The translations under genes were made by a program, and so were the position numbers. 58,847 nt of DNA, taken from contig JAPLVL010000060.1 in NCBI GenBank assembly GCA_026397135.1, positions 8,458 through 67,304 of the forward strand, in the 5' to 3' direction. Position 1 is the stretch's first letter. The number at the start of each line of letters is the position of its first letter. The stretch is from Candidatus Berkelbacteria bacterium (GTDB lineage: Bacteria > Patescibacteriota > UBA1384 > XYA2-FULL-43-10 > 1-14-0-10-43-13). The notes below the pieces were generated by a model. The model had not been told where the DNA came from, made no database searches, and saw nothing but the letters and a program-made list of their open reading frames with translations. Shown piece after piece: positions 16,281-24,156 of this stretch.

Positions 16281-17436
16281 TTTCGCCCCCTTTCTCGAGA
16301 AAGCTGAATTCGAAGCGAGGAGATAGGGTTATTACTTTGCGCTTGATAACTTTGCCCTCAGGGGAAATATCTTCGATCAGCTTGGTAATCCTGCGACCAT
16401 CTCGGCTCACATCTACATTAGAGAGATGTCCTTTGCCGTAATTCATCGAGACTTTCTGACCGGTTTTCCAATTGTAAATAAGAAGGTGGTGGCTGCGATT
16501 GGTATAATCAGCATTGAGCGGGAAGAGAAGGTTGTCGCCAGGCAGGAAAATAGGAGCGAAATGGAGCGAATTATCAGCCACCGGCAGAAAATCAAAGGTG
16601 AATTTCCGAGCAGTAACAGTATCGACGACTTGGATTTTTCCCTCTGCATTTAGAAAAGCATAATGGCGACCATCATCAGCGATCCCAACCTTGCCAATTA
16701 ACTTGCCAAAAAATTTCTGAGGACGCAATCCTTGCTCTAGGTCATAAATTGCCGAAGTACCCTCTGAGCCGTGATATGGAGCTATCATCTTGTCCGAATT
16801 TTCATTGACCGCCCCCTTTGACATATCGCCGAGCATATGACCAGATTCAAACCATTTATCAGGCTCTGTTTTCCTCATTGCCGAATATGCTTTTGAAAGA
16901 TGACCAGCCTCCCTTTTGTGTCCACAGAGCAGAAAACTTTTGGAGAGAATAACATCCTGGAATTCGCTGCAGCTATGGTCCCAAATAAGTTGATCGTTTC
17001 GAAAGCACTGCAAATTTCCCTTGCCGTACTGTCCTTCGCCGACCAGATAGACACTGCCGTCCCGATCGATTACAAAATCGCTCATCAAGATGCTCCTGGC
17101 CGTCGTCTTCCAGCTAACCAGAGGAGACATCGACTGATTCTCTGGATCAATCGCAAATATACCTGCCATATTTATGAGGCAAATGCGGCCATCCCCCAAT
17201 AATTTGGTCTTGTCGAAATAATGAGTCGTCTCGACCTCCATCTCCGCAACCGGACTTAACTCGGAGTAGTCGCTCATGAGCGGCAGGCAGATTTCTCGCA
17301 AAAGCGGATTGACTTTCCTCGTAGTCTCGAAGGCTGCGCCATATTTTCGCACATCAAAATCTCGATCAAAATCAGATTTTAATTTTGCAATCTTTCGCAA
17401 TCCCGCTGTCATTTCTTGGCAATATTTGTCAATCAT
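16267..17436 (-). CDS. NCH-array paralog, class P (N-terminal Cys-helix module + WD40/PD40-like beta-propeller)
   Basis: Start moved to ATG 17436 (GGAGG then 5 nt), giving MIDKYCQEMTAGLRKIAKLKSDFDRDFD. Blades IADDGRHYAFLNAEGKIQVVD, VSRDGRRITKL. 14-nt overlap with the next gene. Confidence 0.85.
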   Translation of the reverse strand: MIDKYCQEMTAGLRKIAKLKSDFDRDFDVRKYGAAFETTRKVNPLLREICLPLMSDYSELSPVAEMEVETTHYFDKTKLLGDGRICLINMAGIFAIDPENQSMSPLVSWKTTARSILMSDFVIDRDGSVYLVGEGQYGKGNLQCFRNDQLIWDHSCSEFQDVILSKSFLLCGHKREAGHLSKAYSAMRKTEPDKWFESGHMLGDMSKGAVNENSDKMIAPYHGSEGTSAIYDLEQGLRPQKFFGKLIGKVGIADDGRHYAFLNAEGKIQVVDTVTARKFTFDFLPVADNSLHFAPIFLPGDNLLFPLNADYTNRSHHLLIYNWKTGQKVSMNYGKGHLSNVDVSRDGRRITKLIEDISPEGKVIKRKVITLSPRFEFSFLEKGGENEMS

Positions 17437-18463
17437 TTTTGCCTCCAAATCTGTCTGGCTTCCAGGTCTCAAATATGTGCTCGATCGGGTCGTTGTTTTG
17501 ATTCAATATATGATAGGAGAAGGAAATTTGACGATCAGCGATATCAATCGCCTCGAGCTTTCCCGTGTAGTGGTTGCTCCAAACGAAACGATCCTTCTCG
17601 AAGTCAAAAACCTTGAGCGAAAATCCATTTCTAGTTTTGCCCGAAAGTAAAACTCTATCCTTGTCCAGTGGTCTCACATCGACTTGGCCGATTGAAACGC
17701 CGTTACCATAGAAATTGCCAATGCCATTGAAATTTGCTTCTCTCTTCGTCGCGGTTTCAAGGTCAGTCAGACAAATTGTAGTCTTGGCTCCTCTCCGCCT
17801 CAAGCAGGCAGCTAAATCTCCATCCGGACCCATGAAAACCTTGTCGATCGTTGCCCCCTGAACTGGTTCATTTTCGATGACGAGATCAATTGCCTTGATC
17901 TCGTCCACCACATCGATCGCCACAAAATCCCTCTTCGAGCTGAAGGCTGCCTCTCGCAAGACGAGATTACTGTCGCGACTAAATAAATATCCACCGTTAG
18001 CAATATCATAGAGATTAATCTCCGTTTTCTTCGGTTGGCGAAATTCGCAGACAATGTAGCTCTTCGTAAGATTAATATCGTAAGCCGCTCCAACCATGTA
18101 TACCTGCCAAAGTTTCTCGCCGTTTTCGAAGCAAACAAGTGTCGGCCTATTGTCTGCAAGATCATTCCCGCACATATAGACCTTGCCGTCACTATTGACT
18201 TCTGTGACTGTTATACTACGAAAAATTTTGTATATTTCCACATTAGGAACGAGAGTTTCTAACTGACCCAAGGAATATTCAGAATCATTCTCCACTTTAT
18301 CACCGTGCCCAATGCGGAAATAATCTTTCCCGGAATTTAGGACCACAGATCCGTCAGCCAAAATTTTCAGATTTTTGAAGGCAAGATGCCGATTCAAGAT
18401 TTTCTTCTCTTCGCAATGCCAATGAGCAAAATCAGGGGGGAATTTCTCTATAATTTCTCTCAT
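17429..18463 (-). CDS. NCH-array paralog, class P (beta-propeller); true start probably upstream (CTG 18595 or ATA 18592)
   Basis: 344-aa ORF from ATG 18463. Blades MGPDGDLAACL, NGFSLKVFDFEKDRFV. The in-frame upstream 44 codons encode IVDCANLSREIISLRKSKFQFDSFFD, i.e. the family module; see finding. Confidence 0.85.
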   Translation of the reverse strand: MREIIEKFPPDFAHWHCEEKKILNRHLAFKNLKILADGSVVLNSGKDYFRIGHGDKVENDSEYSLGQLETLVPNVEIYKIFRSITVTEVNSDGKVYMCGNDLADNRPTLVCFENGEKLWQVYMVGAAYDINLTKSYIVCEFRQPKKTEINLYDIANGGYLFSRDSNLVLREAAFSSKRDFVAIDVVDEIKAIDLVIENEPVQGATIDKVFMGPDGDLAACLRRRGAKTTICLTDLETATKREANFNGIGNFYGNGVSIGQVDVRPLDKDRVLLSGKTRNGFSLKVFDFEKDRFVWSNHYTGKLEAIDIADRQISFSYHILNQNNDPIEHIFETWKPDRFGGKND

Positions 18464-18688
18464 TTTCGTACTGATTTTGTCCGCTAGATCGAGAGCATCT
18501 CTACATTTCTCGGCATCGAAAAAAGAGTCAAATTGGAATTTGCTTTTTCGCAGTGAAATGATTTCTCGGGATAAATTTGCACAATCAACTATCAGAAAAA
18601 CCCCTCTCTTCTAGTGGTAATTTCATTTTACCAAAAAATCCACACTAATACCTGTGGATTATATTTATTGCCAGAAATTGTCTCTTTG

Positions 18689-18706
18689 TGTCATCTCGAG
18701 ATGACA
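18689..18706. repeat. Collapsed family-A end pair (18-bp perfect palindrome)
   Basis: tgtcatctcgagatgaca: the two GTCATCTCGA / TCGAGATGAC ends abut with no internal sequence. Confidence 0.5.
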
Positions 18707-18816
18707 GACTGTTATGACCTTGCTTAACACTTAATCCTTAACACTTAATTCTTAATCCTTGATTCTTGCTTACTCACTGATTTACTGACTTACTAGCTTT
18801 TAGCTTTCGACTTATG

Positions 18817-20175
18817 TCATCTGACTTCCAGAAACTCTGCCTTTTTGCTCTTGATTCCCCATTTGCGTTCGGTCCATTTACGCAAATACAGGATAATTCC
18901 ACCAGAGCGGTCTTTACTAACCATTTTGGTTGCTTCCTCATATGACAAATCCGGTACATCAATAATTATGACGCCGCCACGCTGGCCTTTGCCAATTTCA
19001 TCTGGAAACATTAGTAGATCCATATCCCTGAGAAGCACAATGCCATTTTGCAGCAGCGAAAAATCGGCTTTTTCGGTTGAAGAGAGTATTGAATTTTGAG
19101 TCCGATTGAGCACATAGACACCGGAATCTAGCTGGGTCTGAACAAGCAAGGATTTGAGTCCTGAATAGTGCAAGATGTTTTGACTCGAATTTATCATTTG
19201 GAATGAGTTCTTCGCTTCGTCATAACAGACAATTTGGCCATCAAATATGGAATGAAGCCCCATGTTGCTTTCGATCTGACTTTTCTTGCATTTGACAAGC
19301 ACAGTTGTATCTTCATGGGCCCCAATCTTGAAGTAAGCGTCTGGGGAAACTTCATTTACTACGAAAGTACCGCCCTGAGCGCCAAAACAAAGACTTGTAT
19401 CGTCGACCTCAGAGTTAAACTCGAATTTTTTAACAAAAATAGTTCCGCCAGTGGCGCTCGTGGCCAAATTGGCTCGGCTCATCCTATCAACCACAATTTC
19501 GCCGCCTTTCATCCCCTTTCCGATATTTCCCCCAGCTTCACCAACACTGATCCTGCCCCCAACCATTTCTTCACCAAGCTTAGGGTAGCCATCACTTGGC
19601 TTTTGTTTGCCAAATCGGCCAAGCTTGACCTCACCGCCGCGCATATATGTGAAGGCCTCACTCTCCAGCCGATCTATCTCCAAGTTTCCCTTCTTCAAAA
19701 CATAGCCAAACTTATGGCGCAACGCTTCCGGCAAATCGGTAAAATTAATTTCCAAACCGGGTACGCTCGAATAATTATTGAGAAACAGTCGGTTCAGGTA
19801 TGTGATCGCCCAATCAATGTCAGATAGTTTGTGTCTTTCCAAATATTCAGCACTAGACTGAAGAAATCGGCGATAATTCCAGCTTTTGATCGGATATTCA
19901 CAGTACTTGCCAATTCCAGATTCAAAATTTATAGCCGTGCCGTTCTCGCCATCTTTGAAATATTCGACCAGCATCGGGTATTTCTCCAGATTGGCGAAGA
20001 AATCCTCGACAATTGGCGGATATTCATCATAAAATTCCTGGAAATTTTTGATAATTTCCTGTTGCATCCCCCTCCCTGTCACTGAGATTGGCTTCTCGAT
20101 TTCCAAATACTGCTCCAGCTCTTGCTGGGACGCAATAATCGAGCGAATTAATTGGGTTAATTTCTTGCAGTTCAT
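18817..20175 (-). CDS. NCH-array paralog, class G (N-terminal Cys-helix module + GXGXG beta-helix)
   Basis: 452-aa ORF. MNCKKLTQLIRSIIASQQELE. GEEMVGGRISVGEAGGNIGKGMKGGEIVV, GQRGGVIIIDV, RSGGIILYL. Confidence 0.85.
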   Translation of the reverse strand: MNCKKLTQLIRSIIASQQELEQYLEIEKPISVTGRGMQQEIIKNFQEFYDEYPPIVEDFFANLEKYPMLVEYFKDGENGTAINFESGIGKYCEYPIKSWNYRRFLQSSAEYLERHKLSDIDWAITYLNRLFLNNYSSVPGLEINFTDLPEALRHKFGYVLKKGNLEIDRLESEAFTYMRGGEVKLGRFGKQKPSDGYPKLGEEMVGGRISVGEAGGNIGKGMKGGEIVVDRMSRANLATSATGGTIFVKKFEFNSEVDDTSLCFGAQGGTFVVNEVSPDAYFKIGAHEDTTVLVKCKKSQIESNMGLHSIFDGQIVCYDEAKNSFQMINSSQNILHYSGLKSLLVQTQLDSGVYVLNRTQNSILSSTEKADFSLLQNGIVLLRDMDLLMFPDEIGKGQRGGVIIIDVPDLSYEEATKMVSKDRSGGIILYLRKWTERKWGIKSKKAEFLEVR

Positions 20176-20191
20176 CTTTTGTGATTATTTC

Positions 20192-21031
20192 CTAGAAAAA
20201 AATGCTTTTCTTCTCCGTCCTAGAGTAGGCAGAGAGACGACGAAGGCTTGGCGCATATTCGAGCCCGTCTCCGCAACACATTTTATCAATCTTGACTGGT
20301 TCGGCCTTGGGATTATTCAGATTGACCAGACGAATCGTGGCATCCGACAAGCCAACCGCGATTTTGCCCTCGTCCAGTTCACAGAGAGAAACAACGGGGT
20401 ACGGCAACTGTATTTTTAAACACGGTTTGACAGATCTGCCCTCGCGATATTGTGGGCTTGCGATATTCCAAAAGGCCAGCTGCCCTCCTTCATTCCCTGA
20501 AACTATATAGCCATTTTTCAATACTTTGACCGCCCAGAGATTCTTCTCACAACCAGAGAGGACGAAGCTGGGCTCCGGCTTCTCGGGATAATCGTCAACG
20601 CTGCGTTTCAGCGACCAAATCAAAGCCTCGCCACCCTGGCCCACCGTCACAGCAAATTTCTCGTCGGCAAAAATTGTGAAATCGTAAATCGAGCCCGCCC
20701 CCTGCAAAGTAACTTCACGAAAAACCGCAACTTCACTGATCGTAATCCTTCTTGCTTCGAGATCAAGGTGAGTCATCTTCGCGTACTGGTGCTTTTGCGT
20801 ATAAGAAGGCAAATCGTGTGGCTCAACGTTATGTTTAATTTCCGTATTTTTGATCTTCCGAAATTTTTCGAAAGTCACCGGCGCGAAATACTTCTTCAAA
20901 CGCAAGATTAGCGAATTTTTCTCCTTGCGAGTGGTCGGAACATCATGCTTCTTGAATGCCACATCAAAACCCCGAAGGTTTTTCACAACCTTATTTAGAT
21001 TCTGTGTTAAATTTTCGCAATTAAACGACAT
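20192..21031 (-). CDS. NCH-array paralog, class P, short (N-terminal Cys-helix module + about 4 WD40-like blades)
   Basis: Start moved to ATG 21031 (MSFNCENLTQNLNKVVKNLRGFD). This aligns with other genes fed by the conserved module (...cgattcgatatttggctaac...ATG). Blades GQGGEALIWSL, GNEGGQLAFWNI, LSDATIRLVNL. Confidence 0.8.
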   Translation of the reverse strand: MSFNCENLTQNLNKVVKNLRGFDVAFKKHDVPTTRKEKNSLILRLKKYFAPVTFEKFRKIKNTEIKHNVEPHDLPSYTQKHQYAKMTHLDLEARRITISEVAVFREVTLQGAGSIYDFTIFADEKFAVTVGQGGEALIWSLKRSVDDYPEKPEPSFVLSGCEKNLWAVKVLKNGYIVSGNEGGQLAFWNIASPQYREGRSVKPCLKIQLPYPVVSLCELDEGKIAVGLSDATIRLVNLNNPKAEPVKIDKMCCGDGLEYAPSLRRLSAYSRTEKKSIFF

Positions 21032-21205
21032 AATATTTATTTTGTTAGCCAAATATCGAATCGACCGAATAATACCTTCGATTCGATTTATTCGGTTGAT
21101 GAGGTATCTTAATTCTTAATCCTTACTGCTTAATTCTTGATGAACTTTATAACCTGCTCACCTGTTTACTGACTCACCGATTCACTGACTTACTGATTCA
21201 CTGAT
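21032..21205 (-). repeat. Conserved intergenic module, copy c (full length)
   Basis: Stem-loop arms atcgaatcga 21055-21064 and tcgattcgat 21078-21087 (13-nt loop). Core gaggtatcttaattcttaatccttactgcttaattcttgatgaactttataacctgc is identical to copies a and e. Octamer array 21154-21209. Confidence 0.85.
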
Positions 21206-21209
21206 TCAC
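21154..21209 (-). repeat. Tandem octamer array (7 units)
   Basis: ctgctcac ctgtttac tgactcac cgattcac tgacttac tgattcac tgattcac. The stop of 21206..22606 (TGA, 21208-21206) lies in the first coding-strand unit. Confidence 0.9.
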
Positions 21210-22606
21210 TGTTCACCTTCCACATCGACCAGTCTCGACTTGTCAAGATCAGTCTTGTCCCAGATGCGTAGTAGGATCAGACCGCCAGACTTGGTCTTTG
21301 AAATTTTGGGCCTCACTTCGTCTATAGATACCTTTGGATCGTCAATTATAATAGCTCCACCTGTCATCCCCTCACCAATATCATGATCCGGTATTCTCTT
21401 GAGCACCAAAATTCCGCCTTTCATTGCCTCAACATGATTGTATAGCTTCGGAACATGAGACGGAATTGTATTAAACCCGACTCCACTTTCCAGAAAATTG
21501 GTTAATTGGTCGTTATTTGTGATCACATTTGCAGTGCCGCCTGTACCGTTGAAATAATGAGAACTAGTGGATATATAGGTAGCTATCCCACGAAATTTTG
21601 CCACGGAATAAGAATGATTGGTTTTGTAATGAATGTTAATGTCGGCCTCCTCTCCAGCCAGAAAGGTAGCCAGGCTTGAGATAGAACCCTTGGCAATATC
21701 TTTCGCTTCTTCGCCGATATAGGCACCGTTGGTTGCCCTGGATCCGAGTTTGTCTCCACCGTGATGGACGACAACGACTCCACCTTTTCCTTCAACTCCT
21801 GGTGAATCTCCGGATCTCTCCGCTACTGCGACTCCACCTTTGATTCTGGCGGCGAAGCAATCACCTGCTTTGCCCACACTAATCTTACCACCCATTACGC
21901 CTTCGCCTGCCCATTCTTCAACCTCATCAACCCAGAGCTCCCCGCCCCGAAGGTAGTTCCCAGCACCGCGACCAAGTTTTCTTGATATAATCTTACCATG
22001 ACTTAGCCCGACACCGAAAAAGATGAAAAGACCCATCGGAACTGAATAATTTCTGATATCAAGCGTCTGGTCCTCCCCCAAGAACTCCTCGAGAAAGCAA
22101 CTATTTAGGGCAGCCAGTAATTCGCGAATACCGATTTGATTCACTAAACTATTTTCACTTCTGCCTGAGTGAAAAATTGAAATTTCAGTAATAATCATCT
22201 TCAGATTTTCGTGAATTTCCGGATTTCTGATCAGTCTGTCTAGAAATTTGCCATAGCTCTCTGACTTCAATTTGACCGAACTCCTCTCTCCTTTTAGGAA
22301 TGGGGATAAATATCTTTTTCGATAGTGATCAATAATATAGACCAGAAATTCGTTAAGTGAACTAGAAAAATTCATCGCTTCATGGAGAATTTCGCGGAAA
22401 TGAAAAAGGTTTGTGTCAGAGAGAATTGATTCGATGAAAAGCGACCCCGGTGAGATTTGCTCCAAAACTTCAGTCAATTTCAGGTCAATTCTTTCCTTGA
22501 TTGGCCGAATTTTCGACATGGTCTTGGGCGAATCGTCAAAATCTCTGGCCATATCAGCCAGCTGTGCAATATCTTCTAAAATTGTTAGACAATTAAGCAT
22601 GGTCAT
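21206..22606 (-). CDS. NCH-array paralog, class G (N-terminal Cys-helix module + GXGXG beta-helix)
   Basis: 466-aa ORF. MTMLNCLTILEDIAQLADMARDFDD. GAGNYLRGGELWVDEVEEWAGEGVMGGKISVGKAGDCFAARIKGGVAVA, GEGMTGGAIIIDD, KSGGLILLRI. Confidence 0.85.
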   Translation of the reverse strand: MTMLNCLTILEDIAQLADMARDFDDSPKTMSKIRPIKERIDLKLTEVLEQISPGSLFIESILSDTNLFHFREILHEAMNFSSSLNEFLVYIIDHYRKRYLSPFLKGERSSVKLKSESYGKFLDRLIRNPEIHENLKMIITEISIFHSGRSENSLVNQIGIRELLAALNSCFLEEFLGEDQTLDIRNYSVPMGLFIFFGVGLSHGKIISRKLGRGAGNYLRGGELWVDEVEEWAGEGVMGGKISVGKAGDCFAARIKGGVAVAERSGDSPGVEGKGGVVVVHHGGDKLGSRATNGAYIGEEAKDIAKGSISSLATFLAGEEADINIHYKTNHSYSVAKFRGIATYISTSSHYFNGTGGTANVITNNDQLTNFLESGVGFNTIPSHVPKLYNHVEAMKGGILVLKRIPDHDIGEGMTGGAIIIDDPKVSIDEVRPKISKTKSGGLILLRIWDKTDLDKSRLVDVEGEQ

Positions 22607-22782
22607 TGTTTGAAAATCGGTCCAGTTCGACTATTAATTATTTGGATTACTTTTATTTTATCATCTTACTCACCCGACGGATATATAACGGATCGAGATA
22701 ACAAATTGTGACATTTGATAATATTAAATTCATTATAGCTTGATGAACCTGACGAACTTGATAACTTGATGAACTTTATGGC

Positions 22783-22846
22783 CTGCTCACCTGTTTACCT
22801 GTTTACTTACTCACCGATTCACTGATTTACTGACTTACTGACTTAC
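22783..22846 (-). repeat. Tandem octamer array (8 units)
   Basis: ctgctcac ctgtttac ctgtttac ttactcac cgattcac tgatttac tgacttac tgacttac. Encodes the ...KSKSVSQ* tail of 22827..23969. Preceded by cttgatgaactttatggcc. Confidence 0.9.
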
Positions 22847-23969
22847 TTTTCCCATACACTTCAATATTTTTGTAGCCACAGCCAAAGGCGATCATATCAT
22901 CTGCGCCAACCTCGATCGTACGGACATTGTCTTCGACTATAAATTTATGGACAATTTCGCCGGTAGCCATCTTAATCACGGAAATTTCGGAGGTTTTGTC
23001 CTTGTCGCTGTACGGTTTGCTACTCACGATCAAATTTCCAAATTCTCGATCTATCGCCAGGGCGAAGGCGCGAGCTCGATCCATCACGGTTGACTCTTGG
23101 CCTGTTTCAAGATCATATGAGTAGAGCTCGGCTCTGCGAAAATGCGAGGTATAGATTTTCCTCTTGCCATCAAAGGCATACGATCTGATCGCTTCCAAAA
23201 CCGTCTTGACCTTGCCCGTCTCACAGTCCCAGATTACTAAATGTTTTTCACAATCGAAGCCGAGTAGATATTTACCGTCGTCAGAAAATTCCATTGTTTT
23301 GGGATACCCCATTTCCTCCGGCACATCCTCGAAATTCTGCCAGTCGGCAAGAATTTTCCGATTATATCCACAAGAAGCCATCCGATTGTATTCCTCGTCA
23401 TACGCAAATGCCCCGCTGCAGCCCAGATCTTCCTTTTTGAGCAGCCTATTTTCGTCAAGGTCATATACCGCCATCTTCCTCTGTACCCTTTTGTCGACAG
23501 TGTTGCTATACCGATCGACCAAGATGAAGAGTAAATTCCAATCTGGTCTGAAAACAATATTAAAATCGCCATCAAAGAAATATCCTAGTCTCTGATCTCC
23601 CGTCATATTCGTCGGCGCCTCAAGGTAGCCCGTCACCTCGCCCGTTTTCAGGTCGCAAAATTTCAGCTTGTCTTTGGCTGCCAATGTGACTATACTCCGG
23701 CCATCTGGCGTAATCTTCATCGAAAACCGCATTTTATCACTGAGTTGATTGAGTTCCCAGATTGTTTCAATATCTTTGGTGACCGAGGAAATTTGGCCAA
23801 AATATTTCCAATAAATTGATTCCTTGGCTTCGCTGACTTTTTCGGCCAACGCCACCTTCTTCTCCCTGGCGATTTGGACAGCTGAAGCATTTATTACATC
23901 CGAAAATTCCCTCTCCATTTGGGAGAGATCGTTTACAATTTGGCTAATTTTCTTACAATCAAACGGCAT
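22827..23969 (-). CDS. NCH-array paralog, class P (N-terminal Cys-helix module + WD40/PD40-like beta-propeller)
   Basis: 380-aa ORF. MPFDCKKISQIVNDLSQMEREF. Blades ITPDGRSIVTL, FSDDGKYLLGFDCEKHLVIWD. Confidence 0.85.
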   Translation of the reverse strand: MPFDCKKISQIVNDLSQMEREFSDVINASAVQIAREKKVALAEKVSEAKESIYWKYFGQISSVTKDIETIWELNQLSDKMRFSMKITPDGRSIVTLAAKDKLKFCDLKTGEVTGYLEAPTNMTGDQRLGYFFDGDFNIVFRPDWNLLFILVDRYSNTVDKRVQRKMAVYDLDENRLLKKEDLGCSGAFAYDEEYNRMASCGYNRKILADWQNFEDVPEEMGYPKTMEFSDDGKYLLGFDCEKHLVIWDCETGKVKTVLEAIRSYAFDGKRKIYTSHFRRAELYSYDLETGQESTVMDRARAFALAIDREFGNLIVSSKPYSDKDKTSEISVIKMATGEIVHKFIVEDNVRTIEVGADDMIAFGCGYKNIEVYGKSKSVSQ

Positions 23970-24156
23970 AAATTCTTGATTCGTTAACCTAATATCGAAT
24001 CGACCGAGTAATACCTTCGATTCGATTGATGAGGTATCTTAATTCTTAATCCTTACTGCTTAATTCTTGATGAACTTTATGGCCTGCTCACCTGTTTACC
24101 TGTTTACTGACTCACCGATTCACTGACTTACTGACTCATCTGCTCACCTGTTCGCC
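23970..24156 (-). repeat. Conserved intergenic module, copy d (full length)
   Basis: Stem-loop arms 23994-24003 and 24017-24026. Core as in copies a/c/e except tatgg for tataa. Octamer array 24084-24155. Confidence 0.85.
24084..24155 (-). repeat. Tandem octamer array (9 units)
   Basis: ctgctcac ctgtttac ctgtttac tgactcac cgattcac tgacttac tgactcat ctgctcac ctgttcgc. Begins 1 nt after the stop of 24157..25425. Confidence 0.9.

Noticed and set aside
21154-21209. GTRAGT units as eukaryotic 5' splice donors (AG|GTAAGT, AG|GTGAGT look-alikes)
   Set aside because: Gene organisation is prokaryotic: SD sites, overlapping start/stop codons, uninterrupted ORFs. No branch-point or acceptor partners and no exon structure are visible. 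The resemblance is judged coincidental.
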